Source: Nemertoderma westbladi
Lineage: Eukaryota > Animalia > Xenacoelomorpha
DNA length: 64,000 nucleotides
Assembly (NCBI GenBank): GCA_032718475.1
Contig: JAUCBJ010009156.1
Coordinates: 1-64,000, forward strand
Direction: 5' to 3'
Shown piece after piece: positions 26,101 to 37,510 of this stretch. The translations under genes were made by a program, and so were the position numbers. Numbering within the stretch: position 1 is the stretch's first letter; every line of letters starts with the position of its first letter. A model generated the notes under the pieces. That model had not been told where the DNA came from and did no database searches. It saw only the letters and a list, made by a program, of their open reading frames with translations.

Positions 26101-29100
26101 TCGAATCCATTGGAAGCGCAGGCGATGGGGATGGCCATGTTGATCGATGCGTTGAAAACGAGGATCGAGCTACCACCCGTGGAACCATTCAAATTCGATG
26201 GGAGCAGGCCGGAAGAATATCTACAGTTTCGGCGCATGTATAGTAACGAAATACTAACAAAAAACTTGACGCAGGCGGAGTGCCTAAAGTATCTGCAAGT
26301 GTACACGGGAGGCCCAGCATACGATATCGTGAGGCAATATCAAGGAATAGAGGGCGGCTTCACGACAGCATGGCGGGCACTGGATAGGGAATACGGGCAC
26401 CCGGCCAAGATCATCAGGCAGACGCTGAGAGGCATAACATCGGGTGGCCTACAGGATAATCCCGTTAGCATTAAGACGTTCGCTCACAAAGTCGAAAAGG
26501 CGCTAATCGTGCTGAAGACGCTAGACGCGCCGTACGAGCTCAATGCGTCCAACAACATCACCACGATAGCGCAGGCACTACCAAACTGGCTGCGCAACAA
26601 GTGGAGGAAAATCGCCTTCTCCACTCGAGATAAGAAGGGCGCGGAACCGGGTTTAGAAGAAATGTCAAACTTCTTAAACTACGAGGCTGAACTAATAACT
26701 GACCCAGTCTATAGTGAAGATAGCCTGGGAAAGGGACCGAAGACAGACTACCATAAACCGAAACCAGAGCACAACACATCAAACGCATTACCGAGACTTA
26801 GGCAATCACTGCCATATGCAGCGACGCAGGGGACTGCAAGTCCACAGCTAGCCGAGGATAAGACAACACCATGGAACAGACAGGGAAACAATAACAACAT
26901 GAATAAACATAACCCCAGTACGTCCAGTAGGCTAAATCCAAACAATAAGAATAGTAGGGACTTTGGTACAAACGCAACTGTGATACGCAATGCACTGTAT
27001 AAAGAGGGCTACGACCCAAAGAGCAAATGCCAGCTACACGCAAATGCGCTTCATCAAACCATGAACTGCAGGTACTGGCAGGCGCTACCTAGGCAAGATC
27101 AGATAGATTATGCGTTCAGCAATAAAATCTGCTCACGATGTGTAATGAGTGGACATAGAGCAAGGGAGTGCAAGGAGAAGCCAATAAAATTTGGTCAAAG
27201 GAGAGGCCAAACGATGGCGACGAGCACAGTAGGGGCGAAGAAGAGGGGAACGGTGTTACTTGGAGTAGTACCAGTGCGAGTGATCGGGGAAGGCAATCGA
27301 TCAGTAACAACACTAATGCTGGTTGATAGTGGAGCTGCCTTCACATTAGTCGAGGAATGGGTGGCCGAGGAGATAGGATTGAGAACGAGGCCAAGCAGGA
27401 TGGCGGTAACAACCATCTCTAGCAAAGATTAGATCCTGGAGATGAGAACAGGACGGTGCGCAATTGCAGCAGTGGCACCAGGATGCGACTATGGGGCAAC
27501 CATCGACCCCATCCAAGTGATAGAGTCAATTAATATTAATGCCAGGCGACCAACCAACATCGAGGTCGAGCAGTATAAATTCCTGGACGACATTGACTTC
27601 TCAATCCCAGACGTGGACGTTAGGAAGGTGTCCATCATAGTAGGCATGGACTGCCCAACGGCCCATGAAAGAATGCAAACGGTCTTCGGCGAAGACAAGC
27701 AGAGTGACCCGGTGGCCATATTAACACCATTCGGGTGGACGCTGAGTGGTCCAATTAAGAGCAAGATACCATTTAGGATGTCGGAGACATCAGGATGCAT
27801 GTTCGCGGGAACAATGCAGGAAATGGGTGACGAGGGAGCAGAGGAGCAGCTTAAAAGACTGCTCAGACAGGATTTCGAGGGACTGAAAGAAACCGGAGTC
27901 GGGACCTCAGTAGAAGACAAGCAGGCTTTACAAAGCGTGGAGGAATCGATGACATGCGATGAGGGGCGGTATACTATAGGAATGGTATGGAAACTACCGA
28001 AGATACCGCTGCCCGACAATAGGGGGATGGTACTCACGAGACTCCGCAAGCTGAAACAAACACTAAAACGGAGCCCCGAGAAGAATGAGTACATCCACAG
28101 AACGATTAAGAAGTACGTCGAGAAAGGATGGGCCGTGGAGTTACCGGTCGACGAGCCGAACACGGACAGGACATATTACCTGCCACTACACGTGGCTTTA
28201 GATCCAAAAAAAGGTAAACTACGGATGGTAGTCGACGCATCGGCAAAGACCGACGGAAAGTGCTTAAACGACTACCTGTTAGAAGGCCCAAACATATACA
28301 ATTCGGGCATAGAGGTGTGACTTAGATTTAGAAATGGGAAACACGCCTTCACGTGTGACATAGAAGGCATGTTCAACCAAGTCCGTGTAACGGAAGAAGA
28401 TAGCGACAGTCAACACTTCTTATGGTATAACGGCGAGGAAGAACCGTCGATAATACCGGCATATAAGATGGTAGTACAAAACATGGGGGCCAAGTCGTCT
28501 TCATTTACGACGACTATGGCAGTGAGAGACACAGTGAAGGGGAAGGAAGATAGATACAGCAGTAGGGCCGTCGATATGATTCGACGCGGCTTCTACGTAG
28601 ACGACGGAATGGAGTCTGGAAATACGGTTAAGGAGATACTGGACACAGGGCGCGAGGTTCGCGACATCCTAAAAGGATCCGGCTTTAACCTGACCAAATT
28701 CCAATCCAGTTCGGAAGAATTTATTAAGGCGATAGAGGACAGGAGACCAGAATCGACCATGGACAATCCCACAACAGCCAAAGGGCAGGACATGGCGATT
28801 AAGAGAACAGAATCTCAACAGAAGGCATTGGGAATCGTGTGGGATAGAGAGACAGATGAACTGAAGTATCAGCTGAGCCAGGAGGGCGCAGACATCCATA
28901 CGAAGAGGGGCTATGTATCGTATATAGCAAGGATATACGATCCCCTAGGCCTAGCATCCCCATTATTAGTCACGGGAAAACAGATACTCAAGAGAGTATA
29001 CAAATTGAAAGATGAGTGAGACGTAGAGGTACCAGAGGAAATCAAGAAACAGTGGAGCAAGTGGACAGGAGACTTGGAAAAGATGGGAACATACAACATT

Positions 29101-31233
29101 CCACGGGTGTATTTCCCGGATGGGAACATGACGAATCTGGACCTACACATGTTCTCCGACGCGTCGTTGGAAGCGTACGGAGCGGCACTCTACTTAGTAC
29201 AACGAGCGGGGGCTCATAAGCCAAGACTAGCCTTTAGCAAAGCAAAGTCAACGCCACCAGATTCAGCATCAGTTCCTAAGTTAGAATTGACAGCCGCAAG
29301 ACTAGGAGTAAGAGCCACAGCCTACCTAGTGGATACTATTCCCAACATAGTAGAGACACACTACTGGACGGACTCCATGGTAGTGCTTGGTTGGCTACAC
29401 AACGAAAGAACGAGATACCCGATATTCGTCGCGAATAGAGTGGACGAAATAAGGGCGAGTACAGAACTGGAAAGGTGGCACTACTGCCCAACAGACGATA
29501 ACCCAGCGGACTTGTTGTCGAGGGGCGTGGTACGCCACACTTTCTTGAAGAAGGAAGTATTGTGGCAACATGGGCCACAATTTCTGAGCGATAAGGAAGC
29601 CTGGCCGCCGATGAGGAAGGTGGACCCGGGCTCGGAAGTAGTATCAGAAGGAGAAGAGGGAGATTCAGAGGGAGAAGAGATATACTCCCAGATGGTGAGG
29701 GAGATTAGGGACGTGCAACCAGGATGGGAACTGTGCGATAACCCGACGGATAAACTCCTCAGCTACAGTTCTAGTTGGTATAAGACCAAGAAACTAGTGG
29801 CGTACTGGAGAGCCTTCGGGAATTTCCTTGCGGGAGTTGGCAAGGACAAGAAGATCAGGACAACCATAGATCTGGAAGGAGCGGCCAAGGCAGTGATCCG
29901 CTATGAACAACGGAAGAACTATGGCGACGAGGTGGAATGCGTCGGTAACCAACAGCTCCTCCGACGGGACAGTGAGCTGATTACGCTGTCGCCACAACTC
30001 AATGACGACGGGATTCTAGTAATGAATTCTAGGGTGGGATACAACAACAGCATAGTCGTACCACCGAAACCCATCATCATTCCTACAGAATCGCCAATAG
30101 TCCACCAGATTATATGGGACTCCCACAAATCGATATTGCATGGGGGCACCAACCGAACCCTCACAGAAATAAGGAGGACCTATTGGGTCAAACAATTAAG
30201 GAAGAAGGTAAAAGCGGTAGTGGGGCAGTGCCAGACCTGCCGACGAGCGAAGAAGGAGCGAGCCATACAGGAGATGGCGCCACTACCGGCGAGTAGGGTA
30301 AGACAGCACGACCCGCCATTTACGCATTGCGGTGTGGACATGTTCAGGCCGATAAAGATCAAAGTGATGCGACACACGGAGAAACGCTACGGCATTATCT
30401 TCGTATGCAACAATACACGGGCGGTAGGGATAGAACTCGCCCAAGATGCAACCGCATCAGCGTTCATTAACGCCTTAGAAAGGTTTAGGGACCGCAAAGG
30501 TGGGACGATCGCAGTGATATACAGCAACAACGGCACCAACTTTGTGGGCGCAGAGAGTGAGATGGCAGAGGCCTTGGACATCTTGGAGGGGGAAGAAGTC
30601 AGGGCAGCCATGAGGCGACGACAAGTAAAGTGGGAGAGAAGGACGCCGTATGCACCACATACACTAGGGTGCGTCGAGAGACTGGTGGGCAGTTCAAAGC
30701 GTCTAATGACGAAGCTAATGAACACCCACATGGTCACAGAGGACGTCTTACGGACAGTACTTGCGAAGTGCGAGGGGATTATTAATAGCAGACCGCTATA
30801 TCCGGAGAATGATGACCCTGAGTCATTAGACGTGCTGACGCCTAGCCATTTTCTGATGGAAAGGCCAGCGACCATCGATATGCGGGGTGTAGACCCAGAT
30901 GACATACACTCCCGCCAAAGTTGGAAAGTCGCTAAAGCAATAAGCGCAGAGTATTGGAGGAGGTGGGTCGAGGAATACCTACCCACACTCCATAAACGAA
31001 GCAAGTGGAGGAAGTCAAACAGGGAGTTAAGAGAGGGAGATCTCGTAATCGTTACGGATGATACTATCATCAACAACCAATGGCGGTTGGCGAGAGTTGT
31101 AGGCACCTACTCCGATGAGGACGGAAGAGTCCGATCGGTAGAAGTGCGGATAGGTGGAAAGATAGGTGTGAAGGACAGAAAAACCTACAGGAGAGCTGTA
31201 GGCAAATGCTGTCTGTTAGAAGGCGCACCTTAG
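23148..31233 (+). pseudogene. Element B gag-pol polyprotein, disrupted
   Basis: Frameshifts at G-runs (about 24720 and 25505); then one frame 25792-31233 with in-frame stops at 27430, 28318 and 29017. Motifs: KFDGSRPEEY (gag), LVDSGA (protease), YYLPLH/KLRMVVDASAK/FYVDD (RT), FSDAS/VPKLEL/YWTDS/NPADLLSRG (RNase H), H-H-C-C and PSHFL/W..EYL (integrase). Confidence 0.92.
25045..25345 (+). repeat. 60-bp coding tandem repeat in the gag region (GLVGHVVGRQGVAGLGRPGE, about 5 copies)
   Basis: gggcctggtaggccacgtagt recurs every 60 bp. Confidence 0.85.
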
Positions 31234-31374
31234 TAGAGTTAGAGAAAAGTTTAGTCGTCCAAGTTTTGGACTGAGGGGGGTGGGATTGAGGGCGAGACGC
31301 CCTTCCCACGCAAAAAAATAAAATAAAATAAAATAATAGTACATGGTAGGTACGCAGTTAGTAGGCAGGAGTTA

Positions 31375-32255
31375 GTTAAGAGGTACGTAGTACCTAGTTA
31401 GTCAGTTAGTTAGAAGGTACGTAGTACCGCCAGTTAGAGAGTTAGAAGGTACGTAGTACCGCTAGTTAGTTAGAGTTAGAGGGTACGTAGTACCGCTAGT
31501 TAGTTAGAGAGTTAGAAGGTACGTAGTACCGATAGTTAATTAGAGAGTTAGAAGGTACGTAGTACCGATAGTTAGTTAGAGAGTTAGAGGGTACGTAGTA
31601 CCGCTAGTTAGTTAGAGTTAGAGGGTACGTAGCACCGCTAGTTAGTTAGAGAGTTAGAGGGTACTTAGTACCGCTAGTTAGTTAGAGTTAGAGGGTACGT
31701 AGTACCGCTAGTTAGTTAGAGAGTTAGAGGGTACGTAGTACCGCTAGTTAGTTAGAGTTAGAGGGTACGTAGTACCGCTAGTTAGTTAGAGAGTTAGAGG
31801 GTACGTAGTACCGCTAGTTAGTTAGAGTTAGAGGGTACGTAAGTACCGCTAGTTAGTTAGAGAGTTAGAAGGTACGTAGTACCACTAGTTAGTTAGAGAG
31901 TTAGAGGGTAGGTAGTACCGCTAGTTAGTTAGAGTTAGAGGGTACGTAAGTACCGCTAGTTAGTTAGAGAGTTAGAAGGTACGTAGTACCGCTAGTTAGT
32001 TAGAGTTAGAGGGTACGTAGTACCGCTAGTTAGTTAGAGAGTTAGAAGGTACGTAGTACCGATAGTTAGTTAGAGAGTTAGAAGGTACGTAGTACCGATA
32101 GTTAGTTAGAGAGTTAGAGGGTACGTAAGTACCGCTAGTTAGTTAGAGAGTTAGAGGGTACGTAAGTACGCTAGTTAGTTAGAGAGTTAGAGGGTACGTA
32201 AGTACCGTTAGTTAGTTAGAATTAGAGTTAGAGGGTACGTAGTACCGTTAGTTAG
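31375..32255. repeat. 34-37-bp minisatellite between pol and the extra ORF of element B
   Basis: gtacgtagtaccgctagttagttag(ag)agttagagg, roughly 25 copies. Confidence 0.92.
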
Positions 32256-32749
32256 AAGAGAGAGAGTAAGAGGTAAAAGGGGATATAGATATAGATATTA
32301 GTTAGCAGTTAGTAGAGAGAGGGGGGCATATGAGTACAGCTGGGTAAATCGTGTGGCCACACGACGCATACTGCTGTACTGCATAGGCCAGAATACAGAG
32401 TAGGCCAGAATGTGGATTAGAGAATAGAATAATCCATAGGCAATAGTAAGTAGTAGGACAGTAGAATCAAAGTTAAAATAGATAAATAAATAGAATAGGG
32501 CTGAAAGTTACAAAATAATGGCAACACAAGGAAAGTTATTCTAGAACATAATAAAAGTAACGGACAGAAATTGTAAATTACGCCCATTTACTAGCTTCAA
32601 AATTAATTAGTGATAATTTAGGTTAAAAAGGCGCAGTTAAGTAGGAAATAGGCCATTATCGAACCGTACAGAACATCTTAGATACATCACTCATCTGTAT
32701 TGCGCCTTGGTAAGGCACCACCTTGCAGGTGAGCGAGTGAACGTTCGGA

Positions 32750-35110
32750 ATGGCGAGTAAGTTGATCAGGAAGAGAAAGGCGAAGTCAGGAGGAAAGGAG
32801 ATACTGGTGGATTTCACCGAGAGGCATCCGGAAGAGAAGACGAGAGGATACTACGAGAGGTTGGAAAGGGGTCACGCGGCGCGAGCGCTGCAGGATCACT
32901 TCAGGGAGATGCACGAACAGCGGCTGGTCGGGACCTACGGGACGCCGTCGCTGGACAACGCGATCTTCCAACACTTCCACTACGTAGTGAAAGGGGACGA
33001 GGCGAAGTTCGGGATTCCGAAGTACCCGAGGGAATCACCGAGGAAGGACTGGAAGAGATTCATAGAGTCCGTCAACAGAGGAGGATATATGATCCTAGAC
33101 GACGAGGGAACCGTGGAAGACGAGGCGGGTTCGAGACGAGGAACGGCGGGGTCGGCCAGGACCATACTCCTACATTTGGCCGCGCCAAATGGGGACATCT
33201 TCTTATTCGATCTAGGAACGTATGGGAAGAAGGACAGGCCGAAATTAAACCGGTTACCGAAAGCGGTACAAGTCTTAGTAAGAGAGAAGTCGACGATGAA
33301 AGTGGGATCGGCGATTCGCGAGGACGCGGAGAGGATCATCGGTCCGGACGCCGCCAACCTCCTGGATATGCAGAAAGTCTTTATGGCTATGACGGCACCG
33401 GATGGGTTGGGGGTAGTCGAAAACACAGGCCAATGCGGGGCGGTGGCGATGGGCCAATTATTGGGGCTCGTATGCCACAAACCGATGGACTGGGGGAAGT
33501 TTAGGGAAGAATACGGAGCAGAACTAGCGAACTCGCTAAAGTGGGGAGCGAGACCGGGAAAGCAGGAGGTATATCAGTTCCGCAGGGGAGCGATAAAGGT
33601 ATATCAGAAGCGATATATCCTGCAGGAGGACTGGATGATGATAAGTTTGCTTAACTTATTCATGACCGTGGTTATCGAGAGGGAACCAGGGGCATTTCTG
33701 TTATCGGGATCACCCCTAAGCTACCGGAGAGCCTTTAAGACGGCCTTTGACGGTCTGGTAGACCACCCGGGGCTGAAGGGCGAGTCGGTGTACTACAACA
33801 GCCGGCATCTGGTAGACGGGGAGACAGATACACCGTATCAGAGATGGGAGCAGCTAGAGACGGATAGACGAGAAGCAAAGCGACTGGAGGAAGTCGCTAG
33901 ACGGGAGAGGATAGAAGCAGAGGAGAGGGAAGAGGAGGCCAGGACACAGAGTTACGGCTTCGAGGAACAGGCAGGCCTAGACGAACTTCATTGGACTTCA
34001 TCAGGGAGTTCGGGGGAGTCTCTAGGGCGAGAATTGGGATGGACGGTGGGATCGCCGAAACAGTCGACGTCGGGGTTGCAAACGATGCCCATACCAGCGG
34101 GCGCCGAGGGCGACCAACCGCCAAGGAAGTTAAGGGAGCTAGAGGGATGGAGAGCTACGGGCGAGAGCCAAGGCGGGAAGGGACATAGTGGATCCATCGG
34201 GATACCGGGGTTGGAGACACTGCCAGAAGAGGAGGACGACGACGACGAGTTCGGAGAGATGCCGCCCATCGAGAGGATAGGCCACTCGGACACGGACTGG
34301 GTTGGCGGAAGGGTGGTGACGGCCAGTGGGGCGAGGGCCTTCTGGAACAGATCCGGCAAGCGGACCTGGGTGCACGAGGAGCCGGCGATGGATTTCGCGG
34401 GGAGCACCATCAGGTTGGGCGAGCAACCGGGGACGGCACCACGGGTAGTATTCGGGGAGACGATGCCCGAGAGGGGCGGAGAGATCGACGTAGATAGAGA
34501 GACCAACGTAGAGAAGTTCGCCTACCAGCGACTCCACAGACCGCGGAGATCGCTTGGGACGAAAGACGAGGTGGGACGGGAGACATTGGTACTCGGCTGC
34601 GACTACTGTGGGAGACAGACCCATCGGGAAAGGAGCTGCCTATACCGGTTCCAAAAGGGAACCTTTTGTCTCTACTGCCGAGAACCAAGCCACAGGATGG
34701 GGGCGTGTCCACGGTTGCATAATCGATGTACAAAGTGCCACTTTCGGGGACACTACGGACGCGAGTGCGACTGGATGAACGACGAGGAGAAGTTCACAAG
34801 ATTCGAGGAGTGGGCCGACGTCGGGGCCATGACGCGCCAGCGCATGAAGGCCCAGGAGTTCAAGTGGGGTTTCTTCCTTATCAATCAGGAGACTCACATG
34901 GAGATCATAAAGCGGAGGCTACCGTTTACCTACCAAGAGGTAGCAACGGCGGCGTCGTACGCCGGAGTGATGAACACGCAAAGGTATTTGGACAGGTGGA
35001 CGCCAGAGAACCGAAGGGAGTTTAGGGATTTCTTGGCGGAGCACGTACCACAAGGCAATGAAAATGATCCTATGGGACGCCACCAGAGGGAGACAACCGG
35101 GCCACTCTGA
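32750..35110 (+). CDS. Element B extra ORF: DEDD 3'-5' exonuclease-like (WRN/EXD/MUT-7 type) domain plus three CCHC zinc knuckles, 786 aa
   Basis: ILDDEG (ExoI-like), LLHLA..IFLFDL, LPKAVQVLV..KVGSAIRED (ExoII-like), LLDMQ, YQKRYILQED (ExoIII-like); CDYCGRQTHRERSC, CLYCREPSHRMGAC, CTKCHFRGHYGREC; lies inside the LTR pair. Confidence 0.75.
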   Translation: MASKLIRKRKAKSGGKEILVDFTERHPEEKTRGYYERLERGHAARALQDHFREMHEQRLVGTYGTPSLDNAIFQHFHYVVKGDEAKFGIPKYPRESPRKDWKRFIESVNRGGYMILDDEGTVEDEAGSRRGTAGSARTILLHLAAPNGDIFLFDLGTYGKKDRPKLNRLPKAVQVLVREKSTMKVGSAIREDAERIIGPDAANLLDMQKVFMAMTAPDGLGVVENTGQCGAVAMGQLLGLVCHKPMDWGKFREEYGAELANSLKWGARPGKQEVYQFRRGAIKVYQKRYILQEDWMMISLLNLFMTVVIEREPGAFLLSGSPLSYRRAFKTAFDGLVDHPGLKGESVYYNSRHLVDGETDTPYQRWEQLETDRREAKRLEEVARRERIEAEEREEEARTQSYGFEEQAGLDELHWTSSGSSGESLGRELGWTVGSPKQSTSGLQTMPIPAGAEGDQPPRKLRELEGWRATGESQGGKGHSGSIGIPGLETLPEEEDDDDEFGEMPPIERIGHSDTDWVGGRVVTASGARAFWNRSGKRTWVHEEPAMDFAGSTIRLGEQPGTAPRVVFGETMPERGGEIDVDRETNVEKFAYQRLHRPRRSLGTKDEVGRETLVLGCDYCGRQTHRERSCLYRFQKGTFCLYCREPSHRMGACPRLHNRCTKCHFRGHYGRECDWMNDEEKFTRFEEWADVGAMTRQRMKAQEFKWGFFLINQETHMEIIKRRLPFTYQEVATAASYAGVMNTQRYLDRWTPENRREFRDFLAEHVPQGNENDPMGRHQRETTGPL

Positions 35111-36009
35111 GGGGCCACCGGCGAAGCGATATCGGGCACTAATAACACCAGCGCCCAAGGAGCCAACGACCGGGATCAGCAAGGAGGTGGCGGCGAAGGT
35201 CCGAAAGCAGAAAGCGGATCCCAGAGGAACGGTGGTAACCAAGAAACGACCCAGGGAAGAGGACGCCAGGGGGAACTATCCCCAGAGGAACAGATAGGTT
35301 CCCAGAGCCGAGGGAGAGAGACTGAGACTTGGACGTGGTGCGCCTGGAAGGCGCCGCGTGGGACGTACGAACTATTAAGTACAAATTTAATTAATGCAAA
35401 TAATCATATAAGTGCAATTTGTATGTACGTACGTAGTAATTAGTAATCTACGAATATATACGCTCGAGTAAGTACTATAGTCATACAACCTTTCTCAATT
35501 AGCTACTGGGACTGGGGGATAACTGACTATGGCACTATGGACGAGACACCAGACAATTTCACACTTCTTGAGTGCGACGGCACAAGAGGGGGGGGGGGAG
35601 ATTCGTCAGAAGGGATGAGGTAGTCAGAGTAGGGTTGAGGGACAGAGTAGTAGGTGCGAAGTGCGGAGAGAGTGCGGACGCAATTCTAGTGTGGGGGGGG
35701 AGAATAAGAGGCTGAGTGAGGGACGAGGAGGTCCGAGTGTATGAGAGAGTTAGGATGAGAGTGAAGAAGAGATAGGGCGGAAGTGTTGGGGAAACAAAAG
35801 TTGCGTGAGAGGTGAGCGCGATCGGCCCGACATGAGACGCCAGGCACACAGGGTAGCGTTATCATACCCATAGGGAGCGGCCTGGAAAGCCGGCTCCGAG
35901 AGAAAAGAATTCCACCCCACACCCGATACTAGATCGGGATCCAGCGGGATTGTAGCGCACTTTTTTGGTTGATGCTATCTTCTTACCGGGAAGATAGCAT
36001 GGGGGGGAG

Positions 36010-36556
36010 TGTTAGCTTATTCAATCCCGCTAACACCCCATAAAGTTATAAGCCGATAAGCAATATTGGGAGCCACGAGATTGGGTAATTAACCAACTCG
36101 TGCCATCCCAATAAGAATGGGAAGGAGAAGCACACAATGAGGGTCAGGGGCCAAACCCCTAACCCAGAGAGAATAGGTGGAGTGAACGGGAACACTCCAA
36201 AGGGCGCCAACAAGGGTATCAACCAATCAGAGGGGGGAAAGGCATCGATTAGGTAGAGTAACAAGGCCAACCGTGCAATATAGCCACTTGGCAGTAATCA
36301 TACCAATTCAGTTATCTCAGTGCAATACCGGTGCTAGATTAGGTTACATAGTTTAGCTAGGGAAGGACCGGGACTTTAGTTACCGTATCCCGCCTTCCGT
36401 ATACGACAATATTATCTCATATCTATATCTATATCTATATCTGCATATCCAAATATTATATACGACAAACAGCACAAACTCATTCACTCCTTATACACGG
36501 CGGGGACGCGTGAACTAACAACGGATAAACCGGGATCCCTCTTGGATCCCGTCACA
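36010..36556 (+). repeat. Second (shared) LTR of element B
   Basis: Preceded by the PPT and followed by a leader and gag rather than flanking DNA. Confidence 0.85.
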
Positions 36557-36638
36557 GTAACTAAATCGAGCTGCTGCCCTAGTTAAACTGTAACAACTGC
36601 TGCCCTAGCTAGCTGAACTCCACCGATCACCAACCGAG

Positions 36639-37510
36639 ATGAGTCAGTCGGGAGAGATAACACCGACGCGGACCCCGGACGAAGAGCTAACGATCCGCGA
36701 GGCCGCAACCAGGCGATATAGGCCCACGACGCCGGACCCATCGGTAACGGGTCATCCGGCAGTTCAGGACGAGGGGGGCCTGGAACCCGAGGTCGAGCCG
36801 AGAGGAAGAGAGAGCGAGACGGAGGGAGACGGAGACGAGTCGACACAAGGCGGGGGTCGACGCACCGGTGTCGCCGGCCAGCCACAGGCCGAGGGCGACG
36901 AACGGGCCACCGAAACGGCGACGGTGGGGCCGACGGTGCGGCCCCGGACGCAGAGAGACGAAGGAGATATCGGTACCGATGTCGCCGGCCAGCCACAGGC
37001 CGAGGGCGACGGACGGCCCGCCGGAACGGCGACGGTGGGGCCGCCGGTACGACGTCGGACCCGGAGAGACGGAAGAGAGATCGGCGACGAGGACGTCGGG
37101 GTTTCTGATCGACTTCGACGGGCCTACAACGCGACCCAGAGACTACTAAAGGACGCTAAGAAGGAAGGGGCGAAGATAGACGAGGTGAGACTGAGGAAAC
37201 GACTAGGTGAGTCGGATAGACACTTTAATTACCTAATGCGTTTTGGGCAGAGAGAACTAGCCGAGGAGAGAGCGAAAGGGATTGCCAGTGAACTGTTCGA
37301 ACTATGGGAATGTGGGAGTATGGAACCTAGCGTAGCGTCAGTGTACATAGGGCCATACTTGGTCGATGCCCGGGGAGTAAAATTAGTGGGTTGGAGGGGA
37401 CCAGAAGGGGGCGAATCCGAGGTTAACCCCGAGGATTCGGCCTCATCGGTCGGAGAAAGTTCCGGGAAGCGGGGGAAAGTTAGTAGGTCGGGAAGGCGGA
37501 GGGAGTCCAT
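36639..37510 (+). pseudogene. Truncated second copy of the element B gag N-terminus
   Basis: Nearly identical to 23148-24019, breaking off at ...RRRES. Confidence 0.9.

Larger units (their letters stand above)
22537..37510 (+). mobile_element. BEL/Pao LTR retrotransposon B: LTR-gag-pol-repeat-extra ORF-LTR followed by a truncated second gag
   Basis: Direct repeats begin tgttagcttattcaatcc at 22537 and 36010; PPT gggggggag at 36001-36009; PR-RT-RH-IN order with BEL motifs; gag is repeated at 36639-37510. Confidence 0.93.

Noticed and set aside
27430-29019. Programmed readthrough or a variant genetic code explaining in-frame stops in pol
   Set aside because: The stops are mixed TAG/TGA at unrelated positions, accompany frameshifts and a catalytic mutation, and host genes read normally; simple decay is more likely.
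32750-35110. env gene
   Set aside because: No signal peptide or transmembrane helix; the motifs point to a nucleic-acid enzyme.
24110-35384. Many antisense and alternate-frame ORFs over element B
   Set aside because: Shadow ORFs of GC-rich, purine-biased coding sequence with no recognisable motifs.
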